Source: a virus
Taxonomy: Duplodnaviria; Caudoviricetes
Length of the DNA stretch: 64,000 nt
IMG/VR virus record: IMGVR_UViG_2974508059_000001
Coordinates: 64,001 to 128,000 of that record
Reading direction: 5' to 3' (one strand)
Both the position numbers and the translations under genes were made by a program. The notes below the pieces were generated by a model, which searched no databases, was not told where the DNA came from, and was given only the letters and a program-made list of their open reading frames with translations. Shown in pieces: positions 27,423 to 36,535 of this stretch (position 1 is the stretch's first letter; the number at the start of each line of letters is the position of its first letter).

Positions 27423-27814
27423 TGCGTTCTGTATTGGCTGTTTTGCTGTTATTGGTATTTTCTCAGACTGCACATGCGGACTTCAATCCAAGTGAGATGC
27501 TGGGATACCAGCCTAACAGTCCCGACGAACCGAAAGTCAAATTCGAAGCGACCGACCGTGCGCGTACGGTAGCGGAAGGCGGGGATTTTGCCGTTGTCAA
27601 CTTCGGAAAAACAGACACCTGCCCGGGCGGTGGCTTTTACTTGGTAAACACCAAACGTAAAATCTACCAGTTCATCGACGCGGGGAGTTGTTATGAGAAC
27701 GTACGTGCAGACCTCTCGACGCCGCCGACTTCAATGAAGACGATTGCGACGCAAGTTCTCACGTTCTATATTGGCAAAACCATTATAGCCCGCTACCCGC
27801 TCTACGGGTACTGA
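27419..27814 (+). CDS. Secreted/periplasmic protein with Sec signal peptide
   Basis: MRSVLAVLLLLVFSQTAHA|DF; two Cys residues. Confidence 0.75.
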   Translation: MMRSVLAVLLLLVFSQTAHADFNPSEMLGYQPNSPDEPKVKFEATDRARTVAEGGDFAVVNFGKTDTCPGGGFYLVNTKRKIYQFIDAGSCYENVRADLSTPPTSMKTIATQVLTFYIGKTIIARYPLYGY

Positions 27815-27820
27815 CCGTCT

Positions 27821-27856
27821 CCCTGCTTACTTCGGTAGGCAGGGGGCTTTTCTTTT
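27821..27856 (+). terminator. Rho-independent terminator
   Basis: ccctgcttac-TTCG-gtaggcaggg followed by a T-run. Confidence 0.8.
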
Positions 27857-27868
27857 CGGAGCCGGACT

Positions 27869-28954
27869 ATGACTTTTATCATTACCCGCACCCGAACACA
27901 CCAACAGTCGCTATTGGATTTGGTGAACTATGCCAATGACGATACGATCGATACGCCTTTGACGGTAGCGAACACCGGTATCACAAAGCGTGGGGAACTC
28001 TACCCGGGTGTTTACGGGCTGCGACTCACTAACCTGTCGAAGGAAGACGACACGGTCGATGTGCAACACACCAAGATTCAACTCGGTGATATCCTCCTCT
28101 TTAGCAAGGCAGACTTAAGTTGGTTCAACCCGCTTAACGTTCCGTCAAGCAACCGGGTGTGGGACAATGCTGCACAGGCGATGGTTGAGAATGCCATTGC
28201 CAAAATGGGCTTTAACATCAGTAAAATCTTTACCCCACCGAATGCGTGTTTCGTCACGTACAACACGGATGAAAGCGGGTGGTTCATTACGTTTCGTTGT
28301 GACTCGTTCGTGTTTGAAGAAGTATTTCTCTATCGCCTGCCGCACTACTTCGGCGAGTTTGTAACGAACAAAGATTTGGTGGGTTTTCAGTTCAATCCAG
28401 TGGGGAGCACGGAGCCACCCATTCCAGATGCGTATCCTGTGGTGTTTACGAAAGCGCCGTGGGATTTATTGATTGGGCTGGTTAACTTTGAGAACGGTTT
28501 CACGTTTGATAAGAACCAGTTTGCATGGAAGGACTTAACAGTCCTGAGCACGCCATCAGTGAAAGGCGGGGATACCGGCATCGATTTAGATTTGCTGGCT
28601 GAGCCTTCGGAGGTAATAGAAGACTGGGTGACCTTTACGTACAAACGTATGGCCCTGTCTGCGGTGTGGCCAAAGACACCGGTGTTAACCACGGCAGAGG
28701 TGGGGTTCAATCGCAATGACCGCACCATCGATGTCCCGACGTTAATCGCCACACTGGCAGGCCGCTTCTACCTCGACCAAAGCAACTATGGATTCACGTT
28801 TGATTACCTCAAACGTCGGGTAACGATTACCGCACTCAGCACCAACGTCGCCTTTACGGGGAGCGTACAGCTTACTGTTGCTATCACGATAGGGTTGGCC
28901 GAACTGGTGACGGTGCGGATGTTAAACGGCTTTGAGCCGGGCAAGTTTTACTGA
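27869..28954 (+). CDS. Virion tail fibre/baseplate family protein with two tandem domains
   Basis: LLDLVN..N ... KDLVGF repeated as LIGLVN.EN ... RMLNGF. Confidence 0.65.
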   Translation: MTFIITRTRTHQQSLLDLVNYANDDTIDTPLTVANTGITKRGELYPGVYGLRLTNLSKEDDTVDVQHTKIQLGDILLFSKADLSWFNPLNVPSSNRVWDNAAQAMVENAIAKMGFNISKIFTPPNACFVTYNTDESGWFITFRCDSFVFEEVFLYRLPHYFGEFVTNKDLVGFQFNPVGSTEPPIPDAYPVVFTKAPWDLLIGLVNFENGFTFDKNQFAWKDLTVLSTPSVKGGDTGIDLDLLAEPSEVIEDWVTFTYKRMALSAVWPKTPVLTTAEVGFNRNDRTIDVPTLIATLAGRFYLDQSNYGFTFDYLKRRVTITALSTNVAFTGSVQLTVAITIGLAELVTVRMLNGFEPGKFY

Positions 28955-28962
28955 CGTGCCCC

Positions 28963-29000
28963 TACCCTCTCTTCGGAGGGGGTAAAACCTCTTATTTTTT
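28963..29000 (+). terminator. Rho-independent terminator
   Basis: taccctctc-TTCG-gagggggta. Confidence 0.7.
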
Positions 29001-29035
29001 GCGTCACCCGCGTTGGTTATAGGAGGTACGCAACC

Positions 29036-29602
29036 ATGAAAAAATATAAACTGGCTATTATTGGCTCACGTGAGACCGATCAAGAAACCATGCAAGAAAT
29101 GTATGCCCAATTACTGGCCGGTATTAATATCCTGTTGGAGAAAGGGTACGACCTTGAAATCACAAGCGGCGGCTGCTGGAAAGGTCCCGACCAGTTGCAG
29201 TTTATGCTGGCCCGGTACTTTAAAGGCGACCCCCGCCTGACCTTTATTTGTTATCTCCCCGATGACAAGAAGCTGTGGCTGAAAGAAAAGAACCCGTTTG
29301 TGGACTTCCGGGTAATTGAGCAAACTCCGCTGTATCAGGAGATTGTACGTTCGCTGCACCCGGCACCCGATTACCTGAATGACTGGGCGCACAAACTGCA
29401 CGGACGTAACTTGAATATCATTATGGGTGATGATTTGCACACGCCATCGGATGCTGTGTACTACTCAGCACCGATCAATAAGCAAGGCAACCCAACTGGC
29501 GGTACGTTTATGGGCGTACAATACGCGAAGTCCGTCAACGTCCCAACCTTCCATCACGCAAACCAAGGCCAAGACTGGCTGGCGTCCTTGCGTTTATTAT
29601 GA
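29036..29602 (+). CDS. SLOG/DprA(Smf)-like Rossmann-fold protein
   Basis: AIIGSRET, TSGGC.KGPD, HGRN..I.G.DL..P, GGT..G..YA....VP. Confidence 0.75.
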   Translation: MKKYKLAIIGSRETDQETMQEMYAQLLAGINILLEKGYDLEITSGGCWKGPDQLQFMLARYFKGDPRLTFICYLPDDKKLWLKEKNPFVDFRVIEQTPLYQEIVRSLHPAPDYLNDWAHKLHGRNLNIIMGDDLHTPSDAVYYSAPINKQGNPTGGTFMGVQYAKSVNVPTFHHANQGQDWLASLRLL

Positions 29603-29618
29603 TTCCTCTGAGGCACAC

Positions 29619-29882
29619 ATGCAATCAACATCTCTGCTGCAAAGATTGAAGGAGGCGTTCTGTCCGCCCCCGCCTAAACCTGCGCCGATTCAACAGCCGG
29701 TCGAATGGCAAGGGACGGAGAAGGAGTTCTTCGAGTATCTGGATAAACGTGACTTCCTGTCCGTGCCGGATAATGCAGAACGTCCACGCGTGATTAACTA
29801 CGTAGACGGGAAGACCAACGAGCTGTTCGCCGTTGCCGTCCGCTGGCCAAATCGTTATTACTACTATTTAATCGAAACCTGA
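29619..29882 (+). CDS. Hypothetical protein (87 aa)
   Basis: GAGG RBS before ATG 29619. Confidence 0.65.
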   Translation: MQSTSLLQRLKEAFCPPPPKPAPIQQPVEWQGTEKEFFEYLDKRDFLSVPDNAERPRVINYVDGKTNELFAVAVRWPNRYYYYLIET

Positions 29883-29903
29883 TAACGGTTCGAGGGTAGA
29901 CTC

Positions 29904-30902
29904 ATGTCATTAGAACAAGATTTTGAAACGTTGTGGGAGAACTACGATACCGTGGTCGCACTCGAGTCTATCGGTGTGGGTATTGACAACCCTGCAATCC
30001 AGTCTATCGCCAAGCGCTGGGGGTTAGATGATGTGGTGTTAGTGGCGGGCGAATCTGCTCGTGATAAAACACCTAAGAAAACCTCTTCTCTGTTGGCGCA
30101 AGTCTTCAATGACTTTGCTGGCTTCTTCGGTACCCGTTATGTGGAACTCCTGAAGAAGATGAACAACCAAGCAGACCTGTTGGAGAAGCACGCCACTGAC
30201 ATGGAATCGCGCCTGAATAAAATCAGTGCGTTGCATGCCCATGAAGTGCCAAGCGGTAGTTGGACATCCAAAGTCTGTTTTGAAGACCTGCCCAATTTCA
30301 AAGAGTGCATTAAGCTTGCGAACTCTGCTGATGGGTTAGAAGCCGTGGTGAAGCAGTACACGGTTCTGACCCGCCAGATTGTGTTCTCGCCGGTGATTGA
30401 CCGCCGTAAGATGGAGAACGGGGAGCTGACCAAAATTGGTTACAGTTCCAACGCCGCTATCCATCGTGCGTCAGGGTATTTAGGTCGCCTTGGTGAGGCA
30501 GATGTTCAAGCCCGTCCACTGGCTGGCAATGTGATTGTTGTCACCCGGGGTGAAGGCGAGAAGGGCAAGGTGCAGTTTGCCGTGGCGCACGGTGGCGATT
30601 ACAAAGGTGAGATTCCCTCGCTGGAGCTGTCCGAGTGTAAGAAGGCACTGGGCGCAGTTCGTACCATCGCTAAAACGCTGCGTAATCGCGGTGCGAAGAA
30701 TGGCGTGTTTGGTTACAGCGGCATCTACGAAGAAATCGAGAAGATGAAAGCGGGGCTCAAACAGCACGAAGGTGCCGAGCTGCGTCTGGCCACCCTGCGT
30801 TACAAAAACGCACTGGAACTCGAGAATGCATTCACTACCGCACTTGACCGTGTCGGTGATGGTTTAATTAACTGGGTAGCCGCAAGTATTAAAGCCGGTT
30901 AG
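29904..30902 (+). CDS. Internal head (ejection-type) protein, paralog A
   Basis: Propeptide with VALES/VAGES sites; paralog of the next ORF (WTSKVC, GNVI.V, GDY). Confidence 0.7.
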   Translation: MSLEQDFETLWENYDTVVALESIGVGIDNPAIQSIAKRWGLDDVVLVAGESARDKTPKKTSSLLAQVFNDFAGFFGTRYVELLKKMNNQADLLEKHATDMESRLNKISALHAHEVPSGSWTSKVCFEDLPNFKECIKLANSADGLEAVVKQYTVLTRQIVFSPVIDRRKMENGELTKIGYSSNAAIHRASGYLGRLGEADVQARPLAGNVIVVTRGEGEKGKVQFAVAHGGDYKGEIPSLELSECKKALGAVRTIAKTLRNRGAKNGVFGYSGIYEEIEKMKAGLKQHEGAELRLATLRYKNALELENAFTTALDRVGDGLINWVAASIKAG

Positions 30903-30914
30903 TAGGAGACGACG

Positions 30915-32057
30915 ATGTCAGCGCTCGAGAAAGATTTGGAAATCCTGAACGACGATTGGGATCGTTTAGTGGCATTAGAAGCACTGGGCGCTGGCCCCGA
31001 CTATCCTGCGATTGCGGCGATTCGTCAACGGTGGTGTTTGTCAGACGACACAGGCCACTTTGTTGCCGGTGAATCTAACGCCATGGAACGGGCCCAAGTC
31101 TTACACGACGAGGCCCGGTTCGGCAGTATCCGTAACGTCTATACCCGTAAAGCCGCAGGGGCGGTTGGTAAAGGCGTGGCAAACGTCGCCGGTGCTGCCG
31201 GACGGGTTGCTGGGAAAGGTGTGAAAGCGGCCGGTGTTGCAGCGGGTCGCACATCCCATCAGCTGGCCATGCGTTTTGTGGACTTCGCCGATGAGCTGGC
31301 CAAAGATACCACGAAGAAAATCAAACACGTGGTGAACAAGGCAACCCTTTTAGAAAACCAATTGCACAAGCTCCGCAAGGCCCTCAGTGAGGCAGGCGAG
31401 TTAGGCAAGGGGACGGTGGAAGCCGGTAAGTGGACTTCGAAGGTGTGCGTTGAGGATAAAGTCGACCTCGACAAGACCATTGAGTTTACCAACCACACCA
31501 AGGCGATTGAAGCCCGTGTCGATGAGTTCACGGTGCATGTCCGTAGCGTGATGAAAGGCAAGAAGGAAATGGAGGACGGGACGGTTGCTAAACTGGGTCG
31601 GTCAACCAACTGGGCGGTCAAGCGCGCATCGGGTATCATTGGTATCGTGAGCCCTGCGAAAGAAATCACCGCAACCTGTTTCGGTGGGAACGTGATTATC
31701 GTTGAGCGCATTAACGGTAACATTACCTACGCGGTCGCCAAAGACGGTGACTACGGGCACACCATGCCTGCCCTGTCTAAGGCAGATTGCGAACGGGCGT
31801 TGGACGGTGCTGAGAAAGCCATTGAAACATTACGGGCACTCGGCGTGAAACGCAAAATCACCGGCTTTACGGCCGTGGATGAAGAAGCAGAAGCGCTGAA
31901 GGCTGACCTCAAGAACGTGGCCCTGAAAGACCTGCGGCGTGCCACGGGCTACTACAAGTCCGCCATGGCACTGAACGACGGGTTTGTCACCGCGATGGTT
32001 CGCTCAACCGAGGGTCTTCTGGAGTACGTCCGCCAGTCTATCAAGGAGGGGCAATGA
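30915..32057 (+). CDS. Internal head (ejection-type) protein, paralog B
   Basis: VALEA/VAGES sites; same motifs as the previous ORF. Confidence 0.7.
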   Translation: MSALEKDLEILNDDWDRLVALEALGAGPDYPAIAAIRQRWCLSDDTGHFVAGESNAMERAQVLHDEARFGSIRNVYTRKAAGAVGKGVANVAGAAGRVAGKGVKAAGVAAGRTSHQLAMRFVDFADELAKDTTKKIKHVVNKATLLENQLHKLRKALSEAGELGKGTVEAGKWTSKVCVEDKVDLDKTIEFTNHTKAIEARVDEFTVHVRSVMKGKKEMEDGTVAKLGRSTNWAVKRASGIIGIVSPAKEITATCFGGNVIIVERINGNITYAVAKDGDYGHTMPALSKADCERALDGAEKAIETLRALGVKRKITGFTAVDEEAEALKADLKNVALKDLRRATGYYKSAMALNDGFVTAMVRSTEGLLEYVRQSIKEGQ

Positions 32058-32521
32058 TTATTAAAGTTGCCCTTTCGGTTACGTCACCACTTGGGAAGAA
32101 GTACCAAGACCAGATACTCACGCAGTATCGAAGTCTGTTTGCGACGATGCAACCGTTGGTCAAAGAAATCAACGGGCGTCACGCATACCGCCAGTTCGGG
32201 AGTCTCGCTGCAAAGTGGGGTCCCGGGGAATGCATGGCATTGGCGATTGATGAGTCAACGGAAACGTTGCTCGGTTTTCTACATTTCTCATACAGCACCT
32301 CAGGGGATCGGTTCCTCTGGATTCACAACTTCTTCGTGTCTGAATCAGAACGGGGACGGGGGACAGGCAAGGCATTAATGGAGTGGACGCAAAACTACGG
32401 CCGGACAAAAGGCTGTCAGTGGGCACAACTCTATGTGTTGGACAATAACACCTCCGCACAACGCCTGTATGAATCCATGGGCTTTCAAACCGAGAACCGG
32501 GGTATGACTCTGGAGCTCTAA
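32054..32521 (+). CDS. GNAT family acetyltransferase
   Basis: FFVSESERGRGTGKALM; L.V...N..A.RLY..MGF. Confidence 0.9.
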   Translation: MIIKVALSVTSPLGKKYQDQILTQYRSLFATMQPLVKEINGRHAYRQFGSLAAKWGPGECMALAIDESTETLLGFLHFSYSTSGDRFLWIHNFFVSESERGRGTGKALMEWTQNYGRTKGCQWAQLYVLDNNTSAQRLYESMGFQTENRGMTLEL

Positions 32522-32522
32522 C

Positions 32523-33113
32523 ATGACACAGTTTCGCACGGTACCGCACCACAGTGGTCAACGGTTTACGTTTGGTATCAAACGCTTTGCTATTCCCCAT
32601 CGTCCGGGTTGGAAAACCGTTCGGGCCATGGGACAGTTCTGGCGTTTGCCACCGGGTCTTTCGCAGTACCTAACGGATGACGATGTACAACGGTTGGCCA
32701 CCACCTGTGATGCACGACAGCGTGCGAGCTTTGAGGTCGTGTGCCAAGCAACAGAGATGCGCAAGACGTGTAATGCGTGTGAGCAGGGGATTTACTGGAC
32801 GGGGCAGAAAGCGTTCCAAGTCGGGGCAGTCGATGACACCGCCAAGGTGACACCGTGGCACGGTGAAATCAACGGGGTTATCTTTACAGGCATTCGCATC
32901 ACCACCGGTGAGCATGATTACCTGTTGGCCACCGACAAAGACGTTCCCATGGCCACGTTCTACAAATACCTGATGTTCTACTCCCACTACATTTCAAAGC
33001 GGTCTTTGACCACCACTGATGCGGGCTACTCAATTAGCAGACTGCCCTATCGATCGGACAAGAGGCTGGAGAAATGTTCTATCGAGACCTTGAGCGCTTT
33101 GCCGAAGCATTAA
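32523..33113 (+). CDS. Hypothetical protein (196 aa)
   Basis: GGAG RBS, operon position. Confidence 0.7.
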   Translation: MTQFRTVPHHSGQRFTFGIKRFAIPHRPGWKTVRAMGQFWRLPPGLSQYLTDDDVQRLATTCDARQRASFEVVCQATEMRKTCNACEQGIYWTGQKAFQVGAVDDTAKVTPWHGEINGVIFTGIRITTGEHDYLLATDKDVPMATFYKYLMFYSHYISKRSLTTTDAGYSISRLPYRSDKRLEKCSIETLSALPKH

Positions 33114-33451
33114 ACCGGCAAGATTTAGCTAAGGACGGCAAATTGCACGATGTGATTTACGTCCTTGAACACGTTGACGATGCACCCCGGGTTGCGGTGT
33201 CCTGCGAACCGTGTGGGGCCGGTGTAAACCGGGTGTGTCTGAGTGTCCGTTCTGCCCACGGTGAGATTGTATTGAACTTTCGCGCTGACCACGAATATCT
33301 GTTGGTGCTGCGTTCTTATATCCGTCAGCCTGACCACGATAACAGTCTTATCGTGCGATGGTGTGATGACTACCAAGGGTTTGGCTTCCCACTCGAGGCC
33401 CACAAACGCACGGTATATGAGTTCGTCCGTGCTGTTGTTAACGGCTTTTAG
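33074..33451 (+). CDS. Hypothetical protein (125 aa)
   Basis: GGAG RBS. Confidence 0.7.
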   Translation: MFYRDLERFAEALNRQDLAKDGKLHDVIYVLEHVDDAPRVAVSCEPCGAGVNRVCLSVRSAHGEIVLNFRADHEYLLVLRSYIRQPDHDNSLIVRWCDDYQGFGFPLEAHKRTVYEFVRAVVNGF

Positions 33452-33459
33452 GAGGGAAG

Positions 33460-34050
33460 ATGATACTCGACTCGATTATTTTAATCGCCAACAAATCTGT
33501 AACGACCAAAAAAGAAATCCCTCCGACCGTTGCCGTTCATCGTGGACGCTATAAGCGACTCTACCACATCGCAACCGTTGTGGAGATTGCCTGCAAAGTT
33601 GCCAAAATGAAACGCCCACCGTCGTCAAGGGATTTCAACCGTGTTAAAGGTATCCTGCACAAAGCGATTTGTGTGATTCATCAAAAGCGTCACAAATCAC
33701 CTTACCGTGGTTTGCTGCGCACCCCACAGGAGGTTCCCATGACCCGTGAGGGAATTGTGGACTTGCGTGAGAAGACGTGTAACGTTGTTGGGTTAGCCCG
33801 TCAGCGTCTGACGTCGATTATCAACGAAACCAAAAGTCCAGCCAGTCTGCAAGAAGCCACCGCCGCCATCGAACTGATGAAAACCGCGGAGCTTGTGATT
33901 GTAGAGACCGACATCCAGTCGTATCGTCTGCAGCACTACCTTGCTGAACGCGGACTGCTCCCGTTAGTCATCACCAGTGAAAAGGCCGTCGGTCTTGACA
34001 TGCCCGCCACCGATGATGATTGGTCTGAGCCCACCGTTGATCTTCAGTAA
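33460..34050 (+). CDS. Hypothetical protein (196 aa)
   Basis: AGGAGG RBS; internal AGGAGG-ATG at about 33739 may be a second start. Confidence 0.7.
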   Translation: MILDSIILIANKSVTTKKEIPPTVAVHRGRYKRLYHIATVVEIACKVAKMKRPPSSRDFNRVKGILHKAICVIHQKRHKSPYRGLLRTPQEVPMTREGIVDLREKTCNVVGLARQRLTSIINETKSPASLQEATAAIELMKTAELVIVETDIQSYRLQHYLAERGLLPLVITSEKAVGLDMPATDDDWSEPTVDLQ

Positions 34051-34055
34051 CAGTC

Positions 34056-34090
34056 TCCACCTCTTCGGAGGTGGAATTGTTATTTTCTTT
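34056..34090 (+). terminator. Rho-independent terminator
   Basis: tccacctc-TTCG-gaggtgga. Confidence 0.75.
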
Positions 34091-34162
34091 AGTCCCAACA
34101 TCAATTACAGATGTTGCCTATAATTTGACCAATCCGCAGCAGTGAATACGGAAATAAACAAC

Positions 34163-34792
34163 GTGAGAAAAATAGTTTCTTGGGACGGGCCCGACTATGC
34201 AGGCAAAACGTTCCTGCGTAAGAAAGTGCAAGCCATGTTAGAAGTCTTGGGCTACACGGTGAAGGCTTACGGTAACCCCCGCACAGATTCTCCCACTGGG
34301 CAAGAGGCACGTCGTCTCCTGCTCCAGTCTGCCTCGAGTGAACGTGTCGCAGAAGCCATGGTTGCGGATTTTCAAGCAACCCTAAACGCGCCTGAAAATC
34401 AGGACGTGGACTTCTTGTTCATGGACCACTTCCTCGCGAGTACCACAGTCCATCAGGGTGAAGCCGGTAAGGTGGCTGCTTTCCGTTCAGGCATTATCGA
34501 ACAGATGGCACCGCCCCACGTATTCGTCTCGTTAGATGTAGACTACAACACAGCAATGAAGCGCGCTCGTCAGAGACGCGCACAAGAAGGTAAGCCGTGG
34601 GAGGACGATGTCCTGACCTACAAATACACTCAGAACGAGGAGTCATGGAATGGGTTGCGCGATAAGTTTCGCTTCGCCCTGCACATCCTGACCGAAGGGG
34701 GTAACCGGTGTAACCACATCGCGATGCCGTCCGGGGAAATCGGCCCGAGTGATATTGCAAAGTTAGTCCATGAGCTGACCCGAGATAAATAG
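34163..34792 (+). CDS. tmk: Thymidylate (dTMP) kinase
   Basis: P-loop SWDGPDYAGKT, P.....G...R..L, DHF..ST..HQG, P.....LDV....A..R. Confidence 0.8.
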   Translation: MRKIVSWDGPDYAGKTFLRKKVQAMLEVLGYTVKAYGNPRTDSPTGQEARRLLLQSASSERVAEAMVADFQATLNAPENQDVDFLFMDHFLASTTVHQGEAGKVAAFRSGIIEQMAPPHVFVSLDVDYNTAMKRARQRRAQEGKPWEDDVLTYKYTQNEESWNGLRDKFRFALHILTEGGNRCNHIAMPSGEIGPSDIAKLVHELTRDK

Positions 34793-34798
34793 CAGCAC

Positions 34799-34831
34799 CC
34801 CCTACTCTTTGGAGTAGGGGTCTTTTCTTTT
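34799..34831 (+). terminator. Rho-independent terminator
   Basis: cccctactc-tttg-gagtagggg followed by a T-run. Confidence 0.85.
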
Positions 34832-34843
34832 CATCCTAAAAAT

Positions 34844-34867
34844 TTACAGGTAGATATTATCATTGTG
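34844..34867 (+). promoter_or_regulatory. Putative early promoter, class I
   Basis: ttacaggtagatattatcattgtg. Confidence 0.7.
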
Positions 34868-34943
34868 AGTATTAAGCAATCACTTGATTAATGCCGACAA
34901 AAAGGAAATAAAAAAGATGAGAACATAACAGAGGAGAAATATC

Positions 34944-35330
34944 ATGTTCTATTTAATGAAAGAAAGTGTTGTAGAGTTTATTGTAAAATTGCGCGTTGCG
35001 CATTGGGTAAGGAAACACGGTTGCAGTTTTCGTAATGTGGTAAGTTACCACAAAAACGGATATGTTCGTCCACTGGTTCCGCAGTTTCATCAGGGCCGTG
35101 TGAAGTTCGATGAAGAAGCGTATCAGAAGCTGTGTAAGATATTGCACCGCAAAGTTACTGTGGACACATGGGAAATTGATATACCGGACAGTGAAACTAA
35201 AACCAAAATCCATCCGGTTACAACCCCGTGTGTGGCTATCCCCGCTTGGCTGGTGACAGGTGAAGTGCGTGACTTCGGTCGCAAGCACCACGGCCAGATT
35301 TACATCCCGCTTTACAAAGACGTTATTTAA
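34944..35330 (+). CDS. Hypothetical early protein, paralog of 35389
   Basis: GAGGAG RBS; FRN, TTPC.AI.A, IYIPLY motifs. Confidence 0.8.
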   Translation: MFYLMKESVVEFIVKLRVAHWVRKHGCSFRNVVSYHKNGYVRPLVPQFHQGRVKFDEEAYQKLCKILHRKVTVDTWEIDIPDSETKTKIHPVTTPCVAIPAWLVTGEVRDFGRKHHGQIYIPLYKDVI

Positions 35331-35336
35331 GCTGTG

Positions 35337-35366
35337 GGGAACATCCGTTTGGGTGTTCCCTTTTTT
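35337..35366 (+). terminator. Rho-independent terminator
   Basis: gggaacatcc-gttt-gggtgttccc followed by T6. Confidence 0.8.
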
Positions 35367-35388
35367 CAATTAAAAGTAAGGAGTAATC

Positions 35389-35799
35389 ATGATAGCCACA
35401 TTTGTAAAAGAGACCTTCTCAGAAGGCCTGAGCGAAGCGATGCAAAACTACGCCATCAATCGTTTAGTCGTAAAGTATGCCCAACCCTTTCGTAACGACT
35501 GCGCACAAGGTGCGTGGTCAGAACTGACACGTGACGAATGGCCACACCTGACACACCGTGGTGGGGAATTCCATGCCCGCTTTAACATCGCCGCTTACGA
35601 GAAGTTTGAATCTGTATTAGGTCGCGGCATTCCGATTGTGTCGTGGGAGTGCGTTGGTAACGAGTGCGACGTGTTGAAAGAACCTAATGGTCGCACCACG
35701 CCGTGCATCGCGATAAACGCAGGGTACCTGACCGAAGCGAATCTGCGTCTGGGCCGCCAAGTGAAACACTATATCTACATCCCGCTGTATACCCGCTAA
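35389..35799 (+). CDS. Hypothetical early protein, paralog of 34944
   Basis: TAAGGAG RBS; same motifs. Confidence 0.8.
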   Translation: MIATFVKETFSEGLSEAMQNYAINRLVVKYAQPFRNDCAQGAWSELTRDEWPHLTHRGGEFHARFNIAAYEKFESVLGRGIPIVSWECVGNECDVLKEPNGRTTPCIAINAGYLTEANLRLGRQVKHYIYIPLYTR

Positions 35800-35823
35800 C
35801 TGAAACTTGTAAGGAGTAATCTC

Positions 35824-36174
35824 ATGGCTAAACGTATCAAATGTGTTGACCTGAATCGCGCAAAGAACCAGTTCTTAAACCAGCTGTCTTTGGTGATTGC
35901 CCGCTTGAACTACAAACACACCCAGCGTGAAATCGCAGCGGTCTGTGGTGTTTCCACCTCCATCATCAGTAACATCAAGAACGACAAGAAAGACATGGTG
36001 TCGCTCGACGCGTTGATGACGGTTGCGAAGAAGCTTGGTTTAGACTTCGAAGTTGCCCTGCGCAACAAAGATAACCAAACCCAAGTGCGTGTGCATGTGG
36101 AGTCAGCTTTAGAATACCAGACCCGTATCAAAGGGGCAGGGTTCAAAGTCCACCACGAACTGCGTTTACACTAA
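35824..36174 (+). CDS. XRE-family helix-turn-helix DNA-binding protein
   Basis: TQREIAAVCGVSTSIISNIKN...VSLDALM.VA..LGL. Confidence 0.85.
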   Translation: MAKRIKCVDLNRAKNQFLNQLSLVIARLNYKHTQREIAAVCGVSTSIISNIKNDKKDMVSLDALMTVAKKLGLDFEVALRNKDNQTQVRVHVESALEYQTRIKGAGFKVHHELRLH

Positions 36175-36183
36175 GGGCCAATC

Positions 36184-36474
36184 ATGGGATTGTCAGCAGA
36201 GACCAAACGGATAAAAATGGAAGGTATTCGCGTTGCCTTACAGAGAAGCCGGACAAAGTTGGATGAAGAGATGGCCAAGCTTCCTGCTACGGGCATTATT
36301 CCGTTTGATACGGTTCCGCACTTTAACGAAATCAACCGACTACTGGTGCGTATTCGTAATCTGAACATCGCCCTAGCGTATCTTGCGGGGATTCCAAATG
36401 GCGTTCAAGCGTTAGCGTATAAAGTCACTGCACCGCGTATCTCGCAAGTGGTGAAAGCTGTGTTAAAGATGTAG
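36184..36474 (+). CDS. Hypothetical protein (96 aa)
   Basis: ORF in operon. Confidence 0.7.
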   Translation: MGLSAETKRIKMEGIRVALQRSRTKLDEEMAKLPATGIIPFDTVPHFNEINRLLVRIRNLNIALAYLAGIPNGVQALAYKVTAPRISQVVKAVLKM

Positions 36475-36535
36475 TAGAAAATGGGGGCCTAAACCGCCCC
36501 CGCTTCTTTTTTTATTCTTTTTAATGGAGTCCGTA

